Shown here: piece by piece, positions 1-36,364 of the stretch | How positions within the stretch are numbered: the first letter of the stretch is position 1 | How the letters are laid out: each line of letters starts with the position of its first letter | Origin: Hydrolagus colliei | Lineage: Eukaryota | NCBI GenBank assembly: GCA_035084275.1 | Contig: CM068742.1 | Coordinates: 66,526,001 to 66,590,000, forward strand | Direction: 5' to 3' | Length of the DNA stretch: 64,000 bases | Program-made: the position numbers and the translations under genes | The notes under the pieces: generated by a model | What the model saw: only the letters and a program-made list of their open reading frames with translations | Told to the model about the DNA's origin: nothing | Databases searched by the model: none

Positions 1-610
1 TCCCTCTGTTTACTCATTTGCCAGCTTTTTTTTCAGAAATTGTTCAAATGTGTTTTCATTCACTTGAAGTTTTACAAGCCTCTGAAGCATATTACAGTTG
101 TTAACCAAAAGTTAAAAAGTTTAGAAAAGGTTCAGAAGTAATAATAATAATAATCCTTGCATTTATATAGCACTTTTCATATTTTCCAGACGCTTCACAG
201 AATATACTGTAAAGTAGGGAACGGCGATTAATCGGTTTTTCGATTAAACCCGATGTGATTTTCACATCGGTGTGCCGATATGGTAATTCTAAAAAAACTG
301 TTATATCGAGGGATTCGATTTTAAAAATATACATCGATATATTTAAAAATATACATCGTTCCTGGCAATATATCAATATTGTTGGTATTATCAGTGTAAT
401 GCGATCTTTTCCAGCTTACCTTGTCGCCGGCATTGCAACCTCCTAGATCTAGAGCATGGAATGCGCGTACATTCGGTGCGCGCGCACAATTAACGGGCGC
501 CCACATCCGATGCGCACGCACACTTTACTGTGTATACTCGACGTGAGTCGTGGCGTCTTAACAAAGTCGCATCGCTGAAAATTGTAGTTTGAAAATTTAC
601 CTTTCTCATC

Positions 611-975
611 ATGGGGAAAAGAAGCCCCGTATGGGACACTTTGAAAACAATGCAGTCAGTAATGGTGTGTATAGATGTACAGTTTGCAAGGGCTTGGTTA
701 AGACATCTGATTCGAGCACGAGCAACCTGCGACATCACATTAAGCAGCACCACCCCGCCCAGCACGCTGCCCTCAGAGCAAAATCATTGTCGGCAACAGA
801 ACGAAGTCGAACCAGCGCTTCGGAGAAAGCGACAGGTAGTGGGGCCAGTGCAGCTCAAACAATTCCTGCTTTATTTAAGAGGAGAACATTGTACCAGAGA
901 GGGGACAAAAAGTGGCAAAGTATCACGAACGCTGTCACTTTTTGCATAGCAAAGGAGAGCTTGCCAATGGCGAAG
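611..975 (+). pseudogene. hAT transposase N-terminal remnant with BED zinc finger (frameshifted, truncated)
   Basis: MGKRSPVW then a frameshift to HFE..CTVC..SSTSNLRHHIKQHH (BED finger W-F-CxxC-H-H), followed by ITNAVTFCIAKESLP; no DDE domain. Confidence 0.8.
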
Positions 976-1271
976 GACATTAATTCAGACTTCAGACTAC
1001 ATAAAAATAAGTGGCATTTTGTGGCTGTAAGTGTTATTTTTGTGTGGGAGAGAGTTAGAAGCCAAACTATCACTGCCTCTATGTGTGTGTCTAGTCAGAC
1101 ACACACAGCAGTGATAATCTGGCTTCTAACTCTAACAGTCAGACTGTCTGTCTCTCTCTTTTCTATTGTAATAGATCTCATTTACACGTGGACATTACAT
1201 GCTACTTTCAAGCAAGAAATGGAGGAGAATAAATCTCTAGATTTTGTTTTTGGTGTGTGTGTGTTCTATTT

Positions 1272-1895
1272 TGAGAGAAGGAGAGGGGGAAAGTTGGGAG
1301 AGAAGGAGAAAGGAAGAGAGGAGAGGGAGGGAGAGAATGAGAGGGGGAAAGGAGGGAGAGAAGGAGCGATGGGAAAGGAGGGAGGGAGGGAGAGAGGGGA
1401 GGGAGAGAAGGAGAGGGGGAAAGTTGGGAGAGGAGAGAGGAAGAGAGAAGAAGGAGGGAGAGAATGAGAGGGTGAAAGGAGGGAGAGAAGGAGCGAGGGG
1501 ACAGGAGGGAGAGAAGGAGAGAGGAAGAGAGGAGAGGGAGGGAGGGAGGGAGGGAGGGAGAGAAGGAGAGGGGGAAAGGAGGGAGAGAAGGAGCGAGGGG
1601 AAAGGAGGGAGAGAAGGAGAGAGGGGAGGGAGGGAGAGGGGGAAAGTTGGGAGAGAAGGAGAGAGGAGGAGAGGGAGGGAGAGAAGGAGAGGGGGAAAGG
1701 AGGGAGAGGAGACAGGGAGAGTGGAGGGGGAGGGAGAGAAGGAGAGGGGAAAGGAGGGAGAGAAGGGAGAGAAGGAGAGAGGGGAAGGAGAGAGGGGAGG
1801 GGAGGAGAGTGGAGGGGGAGGGAGAGAAGGAGAGGGGAAAGGAGGGAGAGAAGGAGAGAGGAGAGAAGGGAGAGAAGGAGAGGGGGAGGTAGGGA
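1272..1895 (+). repeat. GA-rich (polypurine) imperfect minisatellite inside the hAT element
   Basis: About 620 bp almost purely G/A, recurring unit GGAGGGAGAGAAGGAGAGGGGGAAA. Confidence 0.95.
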
Positions 1896-2297
1896 GCAAA
1901 CAACATCGTATAATTCAACAGACCTTGACACCAACATTACAAACTTTCTGGACCTAGAGCACGCATTTCGAAATGTGCGTGCACCGCGACTGCGCGCGCA
2001 TCGTCAGTGCGGACGCACCGTCAATGCGCGTGCACCGTGACTGAGCGCGCACCATAAATGCGCGCGCGCCATCAATGCACGCGCACTTCGAATACACGCG
2101 CATGCGCAGTATAAAAACTCGATAGATCGGTTTAAGCAGGTATGAGCCAACCGATATAACCATATCCGGAAAAATCCCATATCGCCGTTCCCTACTGTAA
2201 AGTTAATTGAATGTATATTTGTAGGCGAAACATGGCAGCCAATTGCGCACAGCAGGGTCCCACAAACAGTTGTGGATTGAAATGACCAATTTTATTA

Positions 2298-2862
2298 CAG
2301 TCAACCCTTGCCGAACGCGACTTTCTCGAGTGTGGATTTGCCTATACGAGAAGAAATAAATGCGGTACTTTTTTGTGGAAAACGAGTAAAATTTGCTTAT
2401 ACGCACTGGCTGGTCCCGCGCGCATGCACATTTGGGAGGACACTGGCAGCTCCTGACTAAGTTCGATGATTCCTCGGCCTCGGAGTAACCTGATGGTATT
2501 GCATGGTAAAGTACAATCAAGATTGTTTTGTTCATATTTACTGCATTCATATAGCCTCACACTTCCAATACCAAATATAAAATAATTTAGCCAAGCTGTG
2601 GTAGTGTAAGGTGCTGTTTTATTGCCTCTAGTGAGTCAGTGAGAGTGGGGAGAGTGTCAAGCGGGGAGAGCGGGCCAGGCGGCTGTAGCCCGCCTTAATC
2701 CGTATCTTGCATTGGATGTGCCTGGAGGCTTGAGGTTGGGTAGCCTATAGATGGATTCCCCTAACCCCTTTTTCTCATTACTTATTAAGCTTATCAAACG
2801 CGATTTTACCGAGTACGCTGTTTTCCAGGAAGGTAACCCCCGCATTCGGAGAGGGCTAAATG
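2298..2862. mobile_element. Tc1/mariner (Tigger/pogo-like) non-autonomous element nested in a SINE
   Basis: TA on both sides; imperfect TIRs CAGTCAACCCTTGCCGAACGCG and CGCATTCGGAGAGGGCTAAATG; SINE sequence resumes colinearly on each side. Confidence 0.65.
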
Positions 2863-3309
2863 TATTGTGGATTTTTTTGGAGGGATTATTAGTAGGCATG
2901 TGGAGTAAGGAAATTTGCCCAAGGTTTCGCCCTGGCCCGCCTGGATCCGAACACAGGTCTCACGCTTGCAAGGCGAGTGCTCTAACCATTGAGCTTCAGA
3001 ACTGAGCTACCCCTGTAATGCAAATTCCTGTTTAGAAATAGGTTTGTGTTAGTAATAGTCTCAGTTTAGGCTGGATATTCTCCTGCCACTGACAAGAATG
3101 TATTGCACCAATCTCTTCAATCTGCTGTCCTAGCTTGAACACTTTGCTGAGAGATAACAGAGGGGATGGAGATAATATTGAAAAGTATTCGTCAATAACT
3201 ATTTGCTCAAGTTTCTTTAAATGGTTAAATATTTGGTATAGTTTTAATTTTTCCAGGCATTGAATTTAGGAATTTTGTTTTTGTTACAAGTCAGTATGGC
3301 TCAAATACT

Positions 3310-3860
3310 CAAACTCCCTGCTTGTGTGTCTTCCCATTTCTTCTATCCACAAGCTGCAGATCATCCAGAACTTTGCAACTTGTGACCTCTCCCATACCAG
3401 GCTCCATGACTCCATGACCGACATACTTCCCAGCCCTCAGAGAACAGAATTCAAATCCTCATCTTCAAGGACCCTCATAGCCTTGCCCCTTCCTACCTCT
3501 GTGACCCGCTAACCCCATTATCTACCTGTCCGCTCCCTCCGCTTGGCCTGCTCCACGTCCCATGCCTGACCAGCTCCACCAGGCCAGGCATGGGAGGGAT
3601 ACCAGCCGCTCGGCTCCACTCTTTAGAACTCTATCCCACATTGTCTTTGCCTCGCTCAATTTCTCACCTCCTTCAAGGCACATCTCAAGATCCTCCACTT
3701 CGACCCTGCCTTCAGGCACCCTCCCTTTACCCATCCTGCAATTCACCCTCCCTTACCACAGTCCCCCTCCCACCCACTTAGCCCAGGTCCAAACCCCTGA
3801 CTGTCCTGCACCTTGTAACATCCTCCCTACGTGAAAGGCGTTATCCAAATATTGTTTTGA
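3310..3860 (+). mobile_element. Degraded L2-type LINE 3' fragment
   Basis: Residual LPISSIHKLQIIQNFA (L2 ORF2 C-terminus) and tail GTGAAAGGCGTTAT. Confidence 0.7.
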
Positions 3861-5405
3861 ATTGTATTAGACCCCTTTCTTATGGTATCTATTGGAATGC
3901 ATTCAAAACTCTAGAAGGGTCAGAGCCACTGCACTATCCAGTTCCATAAGCATGTTTATTTTCATTTCCTTTTTCTCTTTTTCGCTGCCTACTGAAGAAG
4001 AGTTTTCAAAAAGGTTTAAAAATTATGAATGTACTTTCTTGCTTTGATCGTTAATCTACAAGAAGGTGAATCGTATGTTCAAATAATGATTATAAGGACC
4101 TTTGAATGTCAACAGAAGTTGATTCTTTGAGATTTATTTCACAGATATTCTAGTTAAAAGTGGCAAGCTAATACTATTAATCTAAGCCCAGTATAGTGGA
4201 TTCAGATTTCTCAGGCACAGCAAAATTCGATGAAGGTGAAAGTTTGGTTTGAAAAACGTACATGCTACAGACTTTTGGTAGTAATTGAAAAGAAGGTTGT
4301 AATAATGGTGATCATTTTTTACTTTAATATACAGTAATATCTTATCACATTGTTAAAATGTCTCAAAAACAGCTCACAGCATTTTATTGTAAAGTGTACT
4401 GAATTGCAGGTGAACCTACAATGAATAGGCACATAGCAATGACCCAGAAACAGCTAGAGTGAATGACTGATTTTATTTGGGGCAAAGGAACAATGTCCCA
4501 CGTGGTATAGCCTACACATTTACCTCAAACAATCAGAGTGTTCAAATCCGAATGACCTGATCAATGCTAAAAATAAGATATTGCTTTTTAAATAGGCTTG
4601 GGTTTTAACTTCTCTCAGAACCTGCCTGTACTTAAACCATGTAATGACATTCCAGAACATTGTGTTATAGAGTTACAATAAAAATAGAGATGTAAGGTTT
4701 GATAAGTATAGTCATGGCTGCCTACAGTAAACAGGAAGTTTGGTACTGAGGTAAAGAAACAGAGTGCATGTATCACATTTCAAGTCAATCAACTGTTTTT
4801 GTCCGAACCAAGATAAAGGACTAAAGGCTGAAGCACTCAGGATACATAGGATGAATGTGCATCCTCTTCCTTGCTTCCAGCTAAGATAAAGATATTGTGA
4901 GATTGATGAGTTAAGTTGGCATTCTACCAGTGTGATGCGGCCGATAGAGCTGAAGGAAGTGTAGGATTTAGGATTATTTGTTTCCACTTTTGGGATGCCT
5001 GGAAGGTATGTGACTGAGAAATCTGCAGTCAGGAGCCAATCATTAGGCTCTCTGGAGTCAGACATAGCGACTGGAGCACAAGGATAGGATACTAACAGTG
5101 AGATCGTTACTGAATACAATTGAAGCCCCAATGTGAGTCGGCTGACATTAGCAATTGAAACTGCCGAGTACATTACATGTGGGACCCTTAGAGTCAACAT
5201 AGAGATGAGACTGTTATCATGTTAGTCTGCCTGGCTTTTCACTAGCGGTGAAAGGAAGCACTGAGATGCCCAGCAGTTAGTTCTTTAATTTAGTTTGAGG
5301 AATGTGTCTACTGCAGTCTATCTGTCCGCTATTAATTGTAAGTTACTGATAACTCAATCATTACATGTCGTCATTCTAATGTTGTTTTCCAATTATTATC
5401 TGCAG

Positions 5406-28305
<22,900 letters not shown>

Positions 28306-30311
28306 GCATGAGTGGCTTCTCTGTTGCTTTGAAGTAATCAGCTGATTGCATATCATGGCTGCAACAAAATGCAGAGCTTCAAGACTTTGATTATTCTCTT
28401 TAGATGCGAAAGGTAAGATGCTACATTGAAGCTTCGTTTCCAGCTCACCTGCACAACACCTGCCCTCAGCTCACTCTGCCTATTTACTGAGCCAAAAGCC
28501 TGACATTTTGATCCCTACTGCTAGCAGAAATACCAGCCAGAGATGCCATTCTTCATGCTTAAGAATAAAAGCTTTGCAGCAGCCTATTTGCTCGATATTC
28601 ATTCTTGTTAAGAAGTATGTTCTTGGACGGTGTTTGTTCATAACTTTCTAACTTTGCACTGTTGTGAGATGGACAGTTTTAACTTTCTTGTTTAAAAAAA
28701 AGTTATACTTAATGTGCAGTGAGTACAGTTGGATCTGCAGTTAAAGAAGAAAATCTTCAATATTCAGCAGGGTTTGAGTCAAGGCCATTCTTCGCTTTAT
28801 AAGTCCAAATAAGTGAAATTGCTCAATAAGGCTTCATGCATGCCACTCAAGATATGTAACAACTGCTGCTATTTGTGGAACAGGGGAAATATAGAACTGT
28901 TTCATAAGTGAATTTCAGCTGCAGCATCTACCCTGGGTAAGAAATACATGCACTGAAGCTTGAGATTTTCCCCATGCACAGGTGAGGATGAGCTTGACCA
29001 CAACAGCATATGACACCCTCTGAACATGTTAAAGCTGGAGTGTAGACATCACTATTAATCACGTTAAATTTACTTGATAATTAAGCACACATTATATATT
29101 GGATAGTTTGATCCTAACAATTCCGAAGGTCATTTTTCTGTTTATCTGTTTCTTAGAAACTCTTTTTTAAAACAAATGCTGAAAAGTTGCTTATTGGCGA
29201 GACAGACTAGAAAAAGAGAGATAGGTGCCATTTTTGCTTCATATTCTCACTGGTTTGTGGCTCTTTATGTTCTGTAATGCTTATCAAAGTTTTCAATTGT
29301 TTGGTCTGGTCTTAAAAAATGATGCAAACACAGCAGAAAATTCTGCATATTTATCAAGTTTTCATTTGATTAAATCCCAAGAAACGCAGAAAATATGATC
29401 TTGCTCTGTGCAGATTCAAATAGTTTTATATTGCAGACTTACAGTCATGTCATGTTACAGAACTGCATCAGCCAAAAATCTCTCTTGATGTACCAGAATC
29501 TTTGGTGCCATGGTGCTGTGTAGTTTACTCTGTTCAAGGGACAGATTCCACAACACCAGAAGCAACAGTAATTCAGCTCCCATGTATGCTTGGTGTGCAG
29601 ATGTAAAATTGTGATCAGCGATTTTAGTTTGCTTGACTTGGTTGTTGGGGGAATGTCCTTTCAAGTGCGTTGTGTGTGAATGACACTGCAAGGTTTTGCA
29701 GGAGGCTCAGGGATCAGATTGCTCCTGGTCAGAAAATGTCTCTGCCCCCAGCAAGCTTTTATCATTGCCTTCAGTGATTTGTTCTCTGTGGGGGAGCCAA
29801 GAAATCACTTTAAATTAGGTTAAAAGTCCCCCATAAATAACAGAGCCTTCATATTTGTGCTATAATCACCTTTCATGTTATTTACACTCATTATAGATAG
29901 TTCAAATTTGCATTTAGCTAGACTGTGCCTGACTGAAAACTTTAATGTTACCAATGAATGCTGATTCCTGGAGTTTTCAAGTTTTTCTGTGATTATTTCT
30001 CTGTCAATACTGTCCCAAGGAAACTTACAACCACAGACAGTTTTCCTGTACAGACATTGAATTGTGGTTCATTGAAATCCTCTTTGGCCTCATGTTTGGA
30101 AGACCTTGTATAATTGAATTAAACAAGAGAAATGATTTCGATTTTCTCAGTCCCTTACGAGGTCTAAACATTTCATTCGTTTGGGCATTTTCTCTTGAGT
30201 ATCTCCGCTTTTTATTGTCTATTTGCAAAATGTAGCCGTCAATCATTTCTTTTAGGCTGCAAGTAGGTTGCTACAGGAACCAAAAAGGCATCCCAAAGCT
30301 TTATATCATTC

Positions 30312-30317
30312 AATAAA
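30312..30317 (+). promoter_or_regulatory. Candidate SH3TC1 polyadenylation signal
   Basis: AATAAA followed by T/GT-rich tract (cttttgtttttattgttg); alternative AATAAA at 28564, about 30952 and about 35940. Confidence 0.35.
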
Positions 30318-33300
30318 GCAGACTTTTGTTTTTATTGTTGAAAGCTGACAGCAGGCAAATATTGTAGAAGGCCACCACTTGGCTACTCTCAGTTTCATTT
30401 AACTCTTTCTAACACGCTAGTGAATGTTTGGATATTTCTGCAAATTTAGATTTTCGTGATTAAGTTGCTTTTATGACAGAAATATCATCATATGATATTT
30501 TGGGAATATTGGTGTATAGGTTTGTTATTGAGTGAATTAATCAAAGATAATCTGGCATTGAGGGTTTGCATATTTTTCATTGCTACTGGTGTTGTTGAAT
30601 CCTGGAACACTGATCAGGAAGCCAGCACTAATTACTGGGAATTCTTCAATTTGGATTTGCTGCTAGGAATTTGGGTTTGGTCCAACATACTTTCATTAAG
30701 GCAGGAACCAAAGACTTCCATTAGGAGAGGATCGGAAGGGCACATCATAGGTGATATTTGCAATGTTTCTTAATGTCTGCAATATGATAAATAGCACATG
30801 AATCATGTTGTGAAATGCTGCTGATTTCATCCTCACATTTCATAAATTGCTGGAACCCCTCAAGCTGTTGACTTTCAAACTGATTTGTTAGAAAGTTAAA
30901 CTGAAAATTTGAATATTCAGCTTTACTCAACACTAAATTATGTGTGATATTAATAAAAAGATAATTGTCTTGTGGAATTATTTACAATATTCGGGAAATC
31001 TTTGAACCGAATAGTGCAAGGTTACTCATGAGCTGATTACATGTATTCCTGGAAAGAGAAGTGATCGAGAGATGAGGACAAGAAGAGATGGTGGATGAGT
31101 TCAGAATTATTAAAAGGACGAGACACTTTCCTGTCCCAAAAATGTGTTTGTCCGGAAGTGTGCTGTTTCCTTGGCATCATTTTGTAGCTATGCCATTTAA
31201 GGGGAAAAATGTGGCTCGCAGGGGGTTCCCAGTTCTTGTTATGAGAGCTTGTTGAAAGTCAAATCAGGGAGGGTAGATAAGTAGATTGAGGGATGGGTGG
31301 GGGCTAGATAAGTAGGGTTTCCTTGGAGCTGGTTTGCAACAGCACACCAGAATTAGGTCTCCCTCTGTGGCAATCTGTGTAGTCCAGTTTCTAAGTCAGG
31401 CAGGTCCTCATTACTCTCAGGCACTGAAGATGACAGCCCCACCAATCTGGGCTTGGAAGTACAGACTAGTCATTGGGAGCAGTGATTCTTCACTTGGGAT
31501 GTCCTCCCGACATGGAATGTGCTCTATAAATGTAATTTTATTGTTGTTGTTCCCACTTAGCTCCCATTAATTCTGCAATCCAAAGCCCTACCAGGAAGGA
31601 TGGTCCTAGTTAGAGAAGCAGCTGGAAAGCTTGCAGGACAGCTATGCATGCAGTTTCAGCTGGTTAGACTCTAGCAGTACCCCATTGCACACTCTAGGGT
31701 CTCCAAACCTTGGCTCTTGCCATCCCGCACCTAATACTTTCTGGAATTAGGTAATCATGATGCATCCCTCCAGGGAGAGACTGTGCATTGCATTCCAATA
31801 AATATAAATGGAATTGACACATGTAGTTGGGATGCATGGAATTCGCAGTTTGATTTGGATATCTTAAGCATGGTGATAAATTTCTGCATCTGTCAGATGC
31901 CCAGCTGATCAAACAAAAGAGCCATCCATTCAATTCCATTTTCCAGCCTATTCTCCATATTCTTATATTTCTCCTTTCTAGATATTTATGGAGTTTTCTT
32001 CACGAGAGATGGCAAGAAATCCTATAAGAAATTATGAAGAAAATGGCATTTTGTCCCATTTGATATCACCCTTTCAGAATAGCCACCCTATCATCTTCCT
32101 ATTACAGCAACTGGGTGTCAACATGCAATAAAATGTGCTCACAGCCAAGGTTGGTAAATTTACCAAAAAGTACAGAATAACTCTCAGATTGTTGAAAGAA
32201 CAATCATTTTAGAAGCTCAGTGATAAAAAGGAAAATCAGTGATAAGTTCAGTAAACCGCTATATAAATCGAAGTTGTTGCTTTGTTATATTGCCTGCATA
32301 TTCTTAAACTTGGTGCCAGCACCTTTGAGTTAATTTAGAGCCGTTCAACCAGGTGTTATACATATGTAAATTAACAATTTTCTTCTGATCAAAATTTCTA
32401 AATAGAATATACTGTAATCATCCAATCTTTTGAAAAATGCATGTAATTTTGCAAATACATGGTATTTCATGCATACTTTTCGCTAGCAAGATATTTTTTT
32501 TCTGTGCATGTCACAACTTAATTATCAATTACATATGCATGGCTTTGTATGATTTCTAGAGGTGTTTCTGCAAATCATCAGAGTTCAATTAATTTTGAAA
32601 CGTATAAACATATAAAATGATCCAGAAGATCAATTTGCATAAGAAATGCACATTTTAGTCTTAGCATAAATACTTAAATCATTCTGTTTTAAATAACTTA
32701 GATAATGATTTGCTTCCACTGAATGAAATCGCTGGTACCTCAGCCAAGAAGTCAGACAATGTATTGAGGCTTCATGATAGACATTCAATTTCAGGATGTT
32801 TCTACCTGATGTACAGACATTCAGAAAAAAAAAGGTCTGATGATTTACAAGATAAAGTGTTAAACAATACAGCATTAAAAAGTAGCCATTTCAATTAAAA
32901 TTCAGTAAACTTTGTATTTTTGTATTCCAAAAATAAAAGTGATAAGATCATCTAATTTCTAGTGCATAGAAACAATAACAAATTACATTTGTATAGCATG
33001 ATTTACATCAGCAGGACATCCCAAGGCGCTGAAACAAGAGTCAATCCATTCAGATTCTTTGCCAGTTCCACCTAGCTTAGTTGTTAACATTCTCAGTTCT
33101 GAATCAAAAGGTTGTGGATGTCAAATATTCGAGCCTGACACTCCTATGGTTGCTGAGGAGAAGGGGAGGAGGGGGTTGCACTGTCGGAGGTGCTATCCTT
33201 TGGATGAGGCTTTATCTCTTACTATCTTTCCTTCACAAGAGTCCATCCATCCATCCTTAAAAAAATGCCTGTAAGAAGCAGTTCAACATGCAAGCATTTG

Positions 33301-33855
33301 CCTTTTTAACTTGCAAGTTGCTATCAGGTTATTGAAGGAGTGTAGAGAGGAAGAACAATGCCATTTGCTTCATTTTGCTAAACTTCCCTTATCTTCCAAG
33401 GTTATGATATACTGTACAATATTCTGTGAAGTGCTTTGAGATGACTAGATGACATGGAAAGCCCTATATCAAATGCAAGGATTGTTACTATTATTATGAT
33501 GATTATTATAATTTATAATTCTTGCATTAGAACCAAAATGCCACAGAAATGTACGATACACAAGAGGGCCATTTATCCTGTTGGGTCAGTGCCCTTTCCT
33601 GCCCTTTCATCATACACCAGTAGCTGAGTCTTTTTAAGGAGAAAAAAGAACACAATGATTTAGACATGAAAACTACCGAGTATTCTATCAGGATAAGCAC
33701 AACATAATTTACCACAGTGATTGGTGAACGTTGGAAAATCATAGAAAAGTAAGATTTCAAAGTGTGCTAATTATCGTGTCACATTTTTCACATTTCAAAA
33801 TTGGAGCCTGTAATTTATTTTCTGTTCATTTAATAATTATTATTTTAATTTTGGG

Positions 33856-33938
33856 GGCGTTTTCGGCCGAATATCCAGCAGGCGCTGTAACCGGCATTGG
33901 CCAGGTCCCGAGGGTACCAGATAAATGGGCTTTTACTG
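33856..33938. mobile_element. 3' half of the same Tigger-like MITE
   Basis: GCCGAATATCC..CCAGGTCCCGAGGGTACCAGATAAATGGGCTTTTACTG+TA. Confidence 0.75.
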
Positions 33939-36364
33939 TACTAAAAAATTTCTGATCCAGTACAATTGCTTTTTAAAAAAAAAAAGCCAAATCTATATTT
34001 TAGGGCAAGCTTTTCATGACAGATAAGCTTTTAAATATATCTAACATGATAGTGTGAGACCTAATGGATCAATAATGATCAATTGAGTAACAATAACAGC
34101 CAAATGACTGCTTGGAACATCAGGTGTTTAACGCTGTGTTTATATTTCTGTATGTGAAGTTGCTTTGCTCCCGGTAGTACAGCGACATGTTGCGTGAATC
34201 CTGAACCTCCTACATCACATTGGAGCTATACACACACAAACCCTGCTATCAGAGTTTTGCACATGTACAGTTTTGAACATTTTCAGAGAAATTAAATCGC
34301 ATGTTTGTTTTACAACGTTAAAATGTGAGTGGTACATTTATCTGTCTAACAATATTAAAATCCAAATTGGCTAATTTTTTTTGGTATTCCAATTCAACCC
34401 CTTGAGAACTTTCAATAATTATAAATGTTGCATTTACAAAAACATAATTTAAAAGTGATATCAGGTGGAGTGCGGTAGGATTCACTTGGAGTGTAAGTAC
34501 ACCATTAAACAGATCAATAATAAATCTGTCAGCAGTTTGTCACAGGGCCTTCCAGGTTTTTCAAAGCATACATTGCAATCAAATCAGGTAACATTTCAAT
34601 GCACTCGGAGCAGTACTCCATATATTACTAGGCCATTTTTGCTCATTTATGTAAAAATAGTCTTCCTGCATTCTGAACCAAAAACGTGCTGCAGAAATAT
34701 TTAACTTGTAACTTTGTCTTTGCTGAGCATTTGTTCTTCCACATTGAATTTGTGGTTGGAGAGGAGGTCACCTTATTTGCCTGTACTCTTTAGCTATGTT
34801 GCATAACACAGAGGTTTAGCTGATAAAACAAAATATTTTTGCATTAACTGTATTGTTTACTAACGTTTTCATTCAATGCTTATAATGGAATTTCCCAAGT
34901 GCAGAATGAAGATCTTTAATGAACAATGTTGTCAGCGCCTTAAGACATCCTCCTGATGTGCGCTATCAAATGTAATTTTGTTGTTGTTGGCAGCCTATTT
35001 AGAATGTGCTGCAGTAAGGGAAAGGTATTTTGAAAAATGTAGCAAAAGGTTTACCAACTGAGCACCACTTGTTTAAAAATCCAAAGGAGTTATTGAAAAG
35101 CAGCCTTTTTTAATTAGGGTAGATTTTTTAAAATTAGACAAAAGAGACACTGAAAAGAGGTTTCCAAATAGCTTTGATTTTTCACAGTTGATAGGTATGT
35201 TTTCATTAAGACCAACAAAGGTGAGACCTGTCTCTTTTACATTGGTTTTATAATTGGATCGGGGAGAAATCTCTGCTATGATGAGCAGTAGGCGAATAAA
35301 CCACCAACAGGCAGATAATTGCAAAATTGTTTATAACTTAAGGTAATTTAAAAATATGACTGGAGAAAGCCTGATCTGATTTGGTATTGAAGATAAAGTA
35401 AGCATATACTTATTAGCTGAAATGACACTTCCACTTTACAATGAATGTCACTTTAACTGTTTTTGGCAGAAGAAATAAACACTGGAGCCCATGTTTTTCA
35501 TTTGATAGATTTATTTATGTTGTACATTAATGTTTGTGTGTCAGTGTTATGTTAAATAATGTACAAGTACCCTTTGAGGAAATCAATTGGCATTTTAATA
35601 TTGTTCTCCATGAAGATAGATTAAAATATGTTTCATACTGTGTTTCATTTGCCATTGGGTGTTCATTTCAATATGTACAAAGTTCAAACCGATAGCAGAT
35701 TAACTTTGCAGTTAACTAAAACGCTTTTGAATTAAATTTGATCTTTCACATGTAGATAAGAAAATTAAAAAATTTTACTTCAGGTTTTTATTTGTGAAAC
35801 AAGTTTTTACACACTGAATGCACTGCTGTTTGTAAAGACTGCCACAACAGTGAGTTAAATCAACTTATCGGTATATTGGGAGTTTTTTTACTTTTATATG
35901 TTCATACTTCACCCTGCTGTTAATAACTAATATTACAGCAATAAAGCTATTCAAATACCAGGCCAGGAGTAGCTTTATTACTGCAATTAAAAAAAAAGTT
36001 AAATGTTGTCACTCAATCCATGACTGTTTGTGGGACACTGATGTGCACAGTTGACTGTCCCATTTTGTCCACAAAATATACAGTCAATTCACTTTTCTGT
36101 GAAGCGCTTTGAGATGTTCTCTGAGACACCATCCAGAGTGGAAGATAATATAAATCAAAGTTGTTGTTGTTGTCTAAAGGACATAATAAGGCACCTTATG
36201 ATTGCAAGGATTATTATTATTAATTATCTAAGCATTTAAAATAAAGCAATTAAAATAAACATAAATCCTGTGAAGCACTTTGGGACATCATCCCAACCTT
36301 TACTAAATGCAAATGATTATTATTTCAATAAAAAATGTAATAAAGGAACATTAAAATTTAACAA

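Larger units (their letters stand above)
215..2194 (+). mobile_element. Non-autonomous hAT DNA transposon (internal deletion derivative)
   Basis: 14-bp perfect TIRs TAGGGAACGGCGAT (215-228) and ATCGCCGTTCCCTA (2181-2194); 8-bp TSD CTGTAAAG (207-214, 2195-2202); CpG-rich subterminal TGCGCGCGCA and ATCGAT motifs. Confidence 0.92.
140..3010 (-). mobile_element. tRNA-derived SINE copy split into three pieces (about 140-214, 2195-2297, 2863-3010)
   Basis: The pieces reconstruct the same consensus as intact copies at 8848 and 43627. Confidence 0.85.

Noticed and set aside
589-1467. 292-aa ORF as a domesticated ZBED-type gene
   Set aside because: Frameshift inside the BED finger, no catalytic domain, runs into the GA repeat, and lies within TIRs and TSDs
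1208-1957. Several 220-237 aa ORFs rich in P/S/L or G/E/R on both strands
   Set aside because: Artefacts of the GA-rich minisatellite, which lacks stop codons
4881-5077. First coding exon of SH3TC1 (ATG CCT GGA AG|gtatgt near 4995)
   Set aside because: The donor would be phase 2, incompatible with the phase-1 downstream exons, and read-through meets a stop; it could still be a UTR exon
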